A stretch of DNA of 64,000 nt, from assembly GCA_951406725.2 (NCBI GenBank), contig OX597819.1:21824001-21888000 (forward strand). Reading direction: 5' to 3'. The number at the start of each line of letters is the position of its first letter. Within the stretch, counting starts at the first letter, position 1. The notes under the pieces are model-generated. The model saw only the letters and a program-made list of their open reading frames with translations. It ran no database searches and was not told where the DNA came from. Source of the DNA: Octopus vulgaris (lineage: Eukaryota). A program made the position numbers and the translations under genes. Positions 53,759-64,000 of the stretch are shown in pieces.

Positions 53759-54100
53759 AAAAAAACAAACAAACAAGCAAGCAACCAAAAACGCAGAGAA
53801 GGAATAAATTGCCTGATAATTGACCATTTGCTAAGACAGGGAGTCATGATTTGACGCCAAATAAATTCCCAAAGAAGAAGAAGAAGCAAATATATGAGAA
53901 GCAAATTCAATTAAATACCTATCCAGTCTATAAATTATATGAGGGACATTAGTCGTTTTCAAACATCACAGTCATACAAAAGACTACCAGTACATGCGTG
54001 TGTGTGTATAAGCGGGTGCGAGAGGTTCTATGTGTGTGGCAGGCAGTATATGTGTGCGTGGGTGTACGTTATAGATATATATATATACATATATATATAT

Positions 54101-54165
<65 letters not shown>

Positions 54166-54813
54166 TATATACATATATATATATTTACATATATACATAT
54201 ATATACACGCATATATATATATATATAGATATATATAGATACATACATACATAATGTTATACATATATGTATAAATATAACGCATACATAATCACATACG
54301 TTTGCATATATATGCAACATAGATATGCGCGCGTGTATATACGCACGCATGTATATACATATTTAAGTCCTGATGTATCTATATCTGTGCCTTTCAGTGC
54401 ATGAGTGTTTACATGTGTGTATGCATTTTTGTGTGTGTGAGTGTGTGTGTGTCTGTGATGTGTGTTTGTGTGTTGATGCTGTGGTGTCTGCTCTAATAAA
54501 CAATCAACGAGGTAGCAAGTGAAATATCACCAACACCTTCTTTATTTCACGGTCTTCTCTCTCCTCTTCGACATTTCTTCCTTCCGACTCGATATCGTTA
54601 TACAATGGAATGGAAGAATTGATTTTATGCTGGTACAAATTATCTTCCGCTTCTTATGCTTCTTGTATTCCCATTAACGTCGACACTCTGTGATCGAATC
54701 TCTCCAACATCGACTGTCACTTTTAGCGTTCCACACTCAAAAGTCTGGATTTTAGCCATATATATGTAATGATGTAATCAACTGAATCACTTCCCAAAAT
54801 GTGTGACAACGTG

Positions 54814-56354
<1,541 letters not shown>

Positions 56355-56818
56355 CATGAAGTGCAGGTTAATCATTCAGTTCAATGAGATAGTTGACCCC
56401 GAAATCAAAGGTTCACTGACACGATTGAATCGGCAACTATGACAGCTAAGCATTATACATTGACACTTCAAAGTTGAAACTAGTAGATAACTACATCTAC
56501 CAAACGCTTCAGCTGACGATGACGTGGGTACACACATCATGGAATATGCCTGACCAAACTGACGATAAAAGTTATCGTCACTCTTTCTGACCCGAAAATT
56601 CTTTGAAATGAATCGGAGAAATTTCCTGACGCAAGAGTCTGAAGTAAGCAAGTTCTTGGCCATACAAAAGCATACAAAATGTAGCAAGGGACAACCTTAC
56701 ACGCAGACCAAATAAACTGGTTTCTTAGCTACGGTCCTCATCCTTCTTAACGCACTTTTATTTCAGTATTACAACTTTAGAAATACTTGCGCTGAGGACA
56801 ATGCATATCCTATAACAT

Positions 56819-56860
<42 letters not shown>

Positions 56861-57059
56861 GCACTGTTTGTGATCGTTGTTGTTGTTGACCTCGTTCTCA
56901 ACACCATCATCATCGTCACCACCGTCATCCATACGTGGATATTTCTGTCTCGAGTCTTTGGACTTCCAGGACCGGTTACCTAGATTCATTGGTGTACAAA
57001 TGACCGACATCACAATATTCTCTTCCAACCAAGCGCCAGTCCGTCGCAGAGTTTCTCTT

Positions 57060-57185
57060 TTACAGTTGAGTCTACTGGAGCAACTTTAAATGACGGATCT
57101 TGTTCGAGAACACAACACACCACCCAGTTCAGGAATCGAAACCACAATCTAACTATCGTGAGTGGAACACCTTACTCATTATGTC
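57060..57185 (-). mobile_element. SINE family B-like head fragment
   Basis: ttgagtctactggagcaac..cttgttcgagaacacaacac..ggaatcgaaaccacaatc. Confidence 0.65.
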
Positions 57186-57187
57186 TT

Positions 57188-57258
<71 letters not shown>

Positions 57259-57379
57259 TAGTAGTAGTAGTAGTAGTAGTAGTAGATATGAGGAGAAGGA
57301 GATGGGGTTCTGTTACTAGCTACCAGAAATGGTCTTCGTTAGAGACGTGATTTTTTTCTGTAGATTTGGATTTCTTGTC

Positions 57380-58160
57380 TCTTTCTTTGAATAGTCTGAC
57401 TCTAACACCAATATAAAACTTATGTAATTCTGCATAATCTTATGCATTTTCTCCTTCCCAAACAATTTTTACTTAACAGGTATTGTTGTGATCACCGCAT
57501 TTCAGTTGCATTTGTTGTAGATTTAGATTGTAAGCATTTTTTGTTGTTTATAATTTATGGTTCTTTATAGTTTAAAGTTTGGATCGCATATATCGTTTCG
57601 TTGCGGGAACATCTTTTGCTAGGACTTGTATTGCTTTTAAGAATATCTTCTGATATCTATGATCGGTTGGGAAGGGGTTTTAGTCGTATAGTTTTACTTC
57701 GTCACGTATGGTTATCTTTACCTGTGCTATCTTCTCTCTGTAAATCTGTTTATTTCTGTGCCGCTCTACTGAGAAGTGTGTTGCATTTGGTGAGCTTTGC
57801 TTTTTAATCTTTTCAATACGCTGTTCAGCGGAAGTGTTTTGCAGAGGCCTTTGTTATGTAAAGATTTGTTGATTTCGTCAGCACATACAAAGGACACTTA
57901 AACATGTGTTCAGCATGTATCCTTTTGGGAACTGTTTTTATAGTTTTTAAAAACTTTTATATATCATACTAACGAGATCTTCTCCGAGGTTTTTAGGTCT
58001 CTAGGTTGAGGTAGTCAGTTGCAATATCTGATGGTAGTGCAAGTTATGCTTTCGGAGCCTTTGTAGTTTGTAAAAGAACAAAAGTTATACACACAACGCA
58101 GATCTCTCTCCAGGTTTTACGCACAGCAAATTCCAGTAAGAAATGAGGTTCACAAGGTAT
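57380..58160 (-). pseudogene. Possible very degenerate Penelope-like RT-thumb/linker remnant
   Basis: A-rich minus strand with weak FYK, P.PN and GRRKC..LC fragments; many stops. Confidence 0.3.
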
Positions 58161-58462
58161 ATGGTGATGTTGATTGTGGTGTTGGTGTTATGTGTCGTTG
58201 GTTGTATCGGTGACGGCAGTGTAGGGGGTTGTAGCGGTGGTGCTGGTGGATGCAGTTTTGTTGTGTGAGGTAGCAGTGTTTAGGGTCGTAGTTAGGGTTA
58301 GTGGTGCTGGAGCCGTTGGTGAAAATTAGGGTTGTGGTATCGATGGTGATATTATTGAAGGGTATTGTTTGTTGTGGTGGTGGCTAGAGTGATAATGTTG
58401 AGAGTAGTGGTAGGACTGGTAACATTGTGTGTAGTGAGTGTTTTGTTTTGTGGATGTAGTGT

Positions 58463-58802
58463 GGAGGCACAATGGCCCAGTCGTAGGATCGCAGTTTCGA
58501 TTCCCAGACCGGGCGTTGTGAGTGTTTATTGAGCGAAAACACCTAAAGCTCCACGAGGCTCCGGCAGCAGGTGGTGGCGAACCCTGCTCTGCTCTTCCAC
58601 CACAACTTTCTCTCACTCTTTCTTCCTGTTTCTGTTGTACCTGTATTTCAAAAGGGGCCAACCTTGTCACACTGTGTGTCACGCTGAATCACCCCGAGTA
58701 TTACGTTAAGGGTACACATGTCTCTGGAGTGCTCAGCCACTTGCACGTTAATTTCACGAGCAGGCTGTTCCGTTGATCGGATCAACTGGAACCCTCGTCG
58801 TC
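58463..58802 (+). mobile_element. SINE family A with a small head deletion
   Basis: ggaggcacaatggcccagt|cgtaggatcgcagtttcgattcccagaccgggcg..ggaaccctcgtcgtc. Confidence 0.9.
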
Positions 58803-59569
58803 ACGAATGTTTGTAGTAATTAGTTGCGGAGTTGTTGTTGGTTATGGGGGGGGGGGGGTGAACTGGGCGGTGGTGGTGGTTGTTGGTGATGGTGACGGTG
58901 TTGATGGTAGTAGTGATGTGAAAAGCCATGTGAAGAATTGTGTCATTGAAGAAGAGCAGAAACCGTTTTTCAGACGTTCGTCGAGCTGAGAAGAAATTCG
59001 TGCATGGTGAGATCTAATCACGGTCTGCGTACTTTTGAAACAAATTTCTTCATCATACAACGTGTCTGCGCCCATTAACAGATTTTTAATTCATTTTTTG
59101 TTTATCTTAGTCGAGTTTATAATCTTTAATTGAGATTTCCTCTTCAAACTAGCATTTGTTTACAAACCGTTAACTTTCAAATATTTTTACTGATTTTAAT
59201 TTTATTAAATTTATTTATTCATTCATTCATTCATTTCCGAACAGGGTGGAATAGATTTGGTAGAAGTTTAACCAGATTTTACACAATAAATTTCATGACA
59301 CGATCAAAATATTTCAAAGAATTTCATACTCTACGGATTTTCTTCGCCATGCGATCATTACATCTCATTTAAACGAACCTATGAGGCCAGTATGTCTGTC
59401 TCAATTCAAAGTCAATATATAATACTGGCTAATTAAATCCAACTGCAAATCACTACTTGCTCATACAGATATCCTTATCACCTTTTACATTCAATTTCTT
59501 CTTCTTCTTCTTCTTCTACCTCCCCCTCCTCCCCCTCCTCTTCTCCTTATTCTTCTTCTTAGTATTATC

Positions 59570-59749
<180 letters not shown>

Positions 59750-60043
59750 TGTCTCATTTTTTTGTTTTCTTTTTTCATTTTTCGTCTTTTTTCTCCTTCC
59801 TATTCCAGCACTAAATTTTTTAAGAAAGCCAACAGGAGGACTTTGCGTGGTCACATGACATGCTAGAAATAGCAAATTACTGTCTTCTTATCTGTGCTTC
59901 TAGCTTCATTTGTCGTTGGGCAATAAATATTGAACCAGCCTCAATATACTATATTACATCGGAAACTCACTTCCGTCTGTGTGTGTGTGTGTGTGTGAAT
60001 AAGTTTTCTGCTCAACAAATGCACACACACACACACCTTTATA

Positions 60044-60423
60044 GGAGCACTCCGTCGGTTATGACGATGAGGGTCCCAGCTGATACGATCAACGGAACAG
60101 CTTGCTCGTGGAATTAACGTGCAAGTGGCTGAGCATAACACAGACACGTGTCCTCTTAACGTAGTTCTCGAGGAGATTCAGCGTGACACAGAGTGTGACA
60201 AGGCTGGCCCTTTGAAATACAGGTACAAGAGAAACAGGAAGAAAGAGTGAGAGAAAGTTGTGGTGGAAGAGCAGAGCAGGGTTCGCCACCACCCGCTACC
60301 GGAGCTTCGTGGAGCTTTAGGTGTTTTCGCTCAATAAAAACTCACAATGCCCGGTCTGGGAATCGAAACCGCGATCCTACGACCGCGAGTCCGCTGCCCT
60401 AACCACCGGGCCATTGCGCCTCC
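60044..60423 (-). mobile_element. SINE family A, full length
   Basis: Minus head GGAGGCGCAATGGCCCGGTGGTTAGGGCAGCGGACTCGCGGTCGTAGGATCGCGGTTTCGATTCCC with A/B boxes; inserted in (CA)n. Confidence 0.92.
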
Positions 60424-60656
60424 ACACACACACACGAACACACACACATTACAGATAATAAAGAGAAAAAAATTAAACTGTTCTTGGCGTCTTCAATAAA
60501 AATGATTTACATTTGATTAATTAGTATTGCAAAATCATGATTTTTGGAACGTAGTTATGAGATGGCGATGCAGCTATTTCATATTTGTCACGACTTTGGA
60601 CAGAGTGTGAAAATTTTTGCTAAATATTTTTGTTTTCAATATGTTTCAAAATACCT

Positions 60657-60886
60657 ATTTCTTTATTACCCACAAGGGGCTAAACATAGAGGAGACAAAC
60701 ATGGACAGCCATAGGTATTAAGTCGATTATATCGACCCCAGTGCTTAACTGGTACTTAATTTATCGACCCCAAAAGGATGAAAGGCAAAGTCGACCTCGG
60801 CAGAATTTGAACTCACAACGTAACGGCAGCCGAAATACCGCTAAGCATTTCGCCCGACGTGCTAACGATTCTGCTAGCTCGCCGCC
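60657..60886 (-). mobile_element. SINE family C, full length
   Basis: Reverse complement of the 29006-type sequence. Confidence 0.9.
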
Positions 60887-61392
60887 TCTAGTTTCAAAAT
60901 ACCGTCAGGTAATTTACGTTTGACTGGACGAAAATATTCACGAGATAAGTCACTAAATTTGGTTAGCTCTACTTCACCTTCGCATCCAAGTTGAGGTCTT
61001 GTTAATCCTATGAATGTGTCATGAAATGGTATGGACTACAAGTGATTGTAAGTTTGCATCTCTGTATTCGTGTATAAAGCGTTTGTCTGTCAAAGTGTGG
61101 ATCAAAAGATTGTAATACCTTGGTGGTTTAGTGGTTGCTTAGTATACTGTTTTGATAAGATGCTATAGCATGTATACAGTCGTGGTTTGTAATTTTCATA
61201 ATCATGTCCGCATTTTATGAGTTTTTGAGTCAAAACAAAAGTAAAATGGAAAGACATTCCACTTTGATGATTTGCTCGTTGTACATAATTCGAAAAATTT
61301 GCTCATGGGATTTGTCTACGTATTTGAAACTTATATTTGTTGTATAGGAATGTCTTCTCTGTTTCTCAAATTATATTTCGTTTTCCCTTTAG

Positions 61393-61527
61393 AAATTTGC
61401 TTTCCAAACACATGGTTCTAGGTTCAGTCCTGCTGCGTGGCACCTTGGGAAGGTGTCTTCTATTATGACCTTGGGCCGACCAAAACCTTGTGAATGGATT
61501 TGGTAGATGGAAACTCGAAGAAGCTCG

Positions 61528-61593
<66 letters not shown>

Positions 61594-61830
61594 ATGTGCG
61601 TGCCTTTGTGTCAGTGTTTGTCCCTCACTACCTCTTGACAACCGATGTTCGTGTGTTTACGTTCCCGCAACTGAGCGGTTCCGCAAAGAGACCGCTAGGA
61701 TAAGTACTAAGCTTAAGGGGAAAAAATTAATCGGGTTGATTCAATTCGACTAAAGATTCTTCAAGGCGTTGCCCCAGTCTGGCCACAGTCAAATGACCTA
61801 AGCAGGTAAAAGATAAAGGATATAAGATAA
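61393..61830 (+). mobile_element. SINE family D
   Basis: ttgcttt.caaacacatggttct.ggttcagtcc..(TG)n..ggcgttgccccagtctggccacagtcaaatgac. Confidence 0.88.
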
Positions 61831-62191
61831 CCGTTTCATCATCAAGCATAAATTAATTTTGGGGACGAAGAAATGAAGTTTTTTTTTTCTTTTCCACGCT
61901 GAATATCTTTTATGATCTAAAATTATAAAGAAGTATCTTTTGTAAGATTAATGCGGATTTCACTGTTCGAGCGAATCAACTTTTCAGTTGTGGTTGTTCT
62001 TTCAGCAACTAATTTGGAATTAATTAGTACGGGATTAAGATTTTGGCTGCCTCTTAACTTTTGATTATTTTGTGTAGTTCCAGTGGAATGTTTTCGTTTT
62101 GAGATTTTGCCTTAATAATGAAGTAGTTTTATGGATAATGCTATACACTCCTCTGTAAGTTTGGCTGTGTCGTGTAGGGGAAACACATATC

Positions 62192-62592
62192 TATTTATTC
62201 TTTAATTCTTTTATTCGTTCCAGTCATTTGAGTGCGGCCATGCTGGAGCACCGCTTTTAGTCGAACAAATCGACCCCAGGACTTATTCTTTGTAAGCCTA
62301 GTACTTATTCTATCGGAATAAGTACTTAGGTTTCCGCTAAGTTACGATGACGTAAACACAACATCGTTGTCAAGCGATACTGAGGGGCAAACACACACAC
62401 ACACACACACATGCATATATATATATACGACGGGCTTGTTTCGGTTTCCGCTTACCAAATCCACTAACATAGCTTTGGCCACCCCGAGGCTACAGTAGAA
62501 AACACTTGCCCAAGTTGCCATGCATTGGGACTAAATCCGAAATCATGTTTTTGAGAAGCAAGCTTCCTACGACACAGGCAGTCCTCTACCTA
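62192..62592 (-). mobile_element. SINE family D
   Basis: Reverse complement of the 43036-type SINE. Confidence 0.88.
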
Positions 62593-62621
62593 TGTATATA
62601 TATATAAATATACATATACAA

Positions 62622-62671
<50 letters not shown>

Positions 62672-62679
62672 TATCATAT

Positions 62680-63289
62680 CAAAAGGGAAATGGAATTTAA
62701 TTAAATTTAAAATATTCAATCAAAATTTACATTTCCAGTGGTCTAACGTGCAAAAAAATTAGTCAAGAAGACGATATATTAGTTATACGATATAGTGTAT
62801 ATTTATACATATAAGGAATCCACACTTAGGGTGAGATTCAACACATTAGATAACCAAAAAATAATAGATAAAATTCGAGAGGAATAAATTTGGAAATGAA
62901 AAACAATTACCATTTAATACTACGGACCAAATTGGTTTCTGATCTTCCTTTAGTTGGCGGTTTATAGTAGCCAACGGTAGGACTGCGATTGCGCAGAAAA
63001 ATTTGAAAAGTTACTTCGTATAGACAGTAGACAGGTAGCAGTCCTTGTCTTCTGTCTTATATGTTTTAACCCCAGGTTAGACCTCGCCGAAGAAGATCAG
63101 ACCTTGCGAGTTCCCTCGACTTGCTAAAAGAAGACCAGAAACCAATTTAGTCCAGGGTATTAAATGGTGAATGTTTTTCATTTCCAAATTTATTCCTGTC
63201 GGATTTTATCTATTATTTTTGTGGTTATCTAATGTGTTGAATATCATCCTAAGTGTGGATTCCTTATGTGTATAAATATACACTATATC

Positions 63290-63295
<6 letters not shown>
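62680..63295. repeat. PLE-type repeat with ~170-bp inverted duplication (62784-62957 / 63122-63294)
   Basis: aaggaatccacacttagg..caacacattagataacc..ggaataaatttggaaatgaaaaaca present on both strands. Confidence 0.85.
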
Positions 63296-63330
<35 letters not shown>

Positions 63331-63679
63331 ATCCAAACATGAACGCGAGAACGTGGTCCATCAGTTTCGACGATTATGACTCAGTTTCTTTTCATCACCT
63401 TCATTAATTACTTATGGAGTAGCTGAATATTCTGCACAAAACTTTGTCCTTAACCTAATACTTTTCGTTATACTGTGTGCGCTAATTTTGTGACACAATC
63501 TGTCACTATTGCAACTACAATCAGTTTGACGGCCTTATCGCAACATTTCTGAAACACAGTTTGCTCACAAATAGATCCGAGGTGATAGAAAATAACATTT
63601 GCCAAAGATGCTAGCAGTGGGATCGTTGCAGGTATGTCGAGGTTGCGAAGCGAAATCGGTAATTATTCGGCCACGCTCA

Positions 63680-64000
63680 CATACATACATAAATGCATAT
63701 ATATATACATACATACGTATATGCATACAAACATAAATGCTTACATACATACGTTCATACAAATATACATACATACACACATGCATAGTTACATACACAC
63801 ATTCATACATACATATATACATACATTGATGCATGCATATATTCATACATACGTACAAACATGCATACTTACATACATTTATGCAAATATACATTCATAC
63901 AAACACACATACATACATTCATACATACGTACATCCATTCACACATACATACATGCATTCATGCATATATACATTCATTCATACAAATATACATATATAC
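63680..64000. repeat. Degenerate (CATA)n satellite
   Basis: Direct reading. Confidence 0.9.

Noticed and set aside
56505-56610. Hammerheads at CUGACGA 56513 and 56559; hairpin tgacgataa/ttatcgtca
   Set aside because: No correctly placed GAAA with stem III and stem I; a 9-bp hairpin is expected by chance.
60340-60423. tRNA genes (also 20597, 29006, 43036, 58463)
   Set aside because: The A/B-box heads run directly into multi-copy SINE bodies; no complete cloverleaf with a terminator.

Overview
AT-rich, microsatellite-saturated, gene-poor animal DNA. I infer a cephalopod, most likely Octopus, from the SINE repertoire and simple-repeat load. No host protein-coding gene can be supported; nearly all ORF-track entries are translations of simple repeats or antisense TE frames. 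The window is a mosaic of mobile elements: R4/Dong-like RLE LINEs (two sitting in (TAA)n arrays), HERO-, Tx1-, CR1- and RTE-like LINE remnants, Penelope-like remnants, four tRNA-derived SINE families, Helitrons (non-autonomous copies plus a PIF1-helicase 3' end), a full-length degenerate Tc1, mariner derivatives and MULE/Merlin-like MITEs. The most striking signal not explained by ORFs is a dense set of about 12 type I hammerhead-ribozyme motifs read by eye. About 7 have an intact CUGANGA/GAAA/NUH core and several have short palindromic stem III. They include a tandem dimeric arrangement resembling a non-LTR retrozyme (~427 nt cleavage-to-cleavage) and a two-copy hammerhead-led structured element. 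All coordinates and family assignments were made by manual reading, without database searches or folding software.
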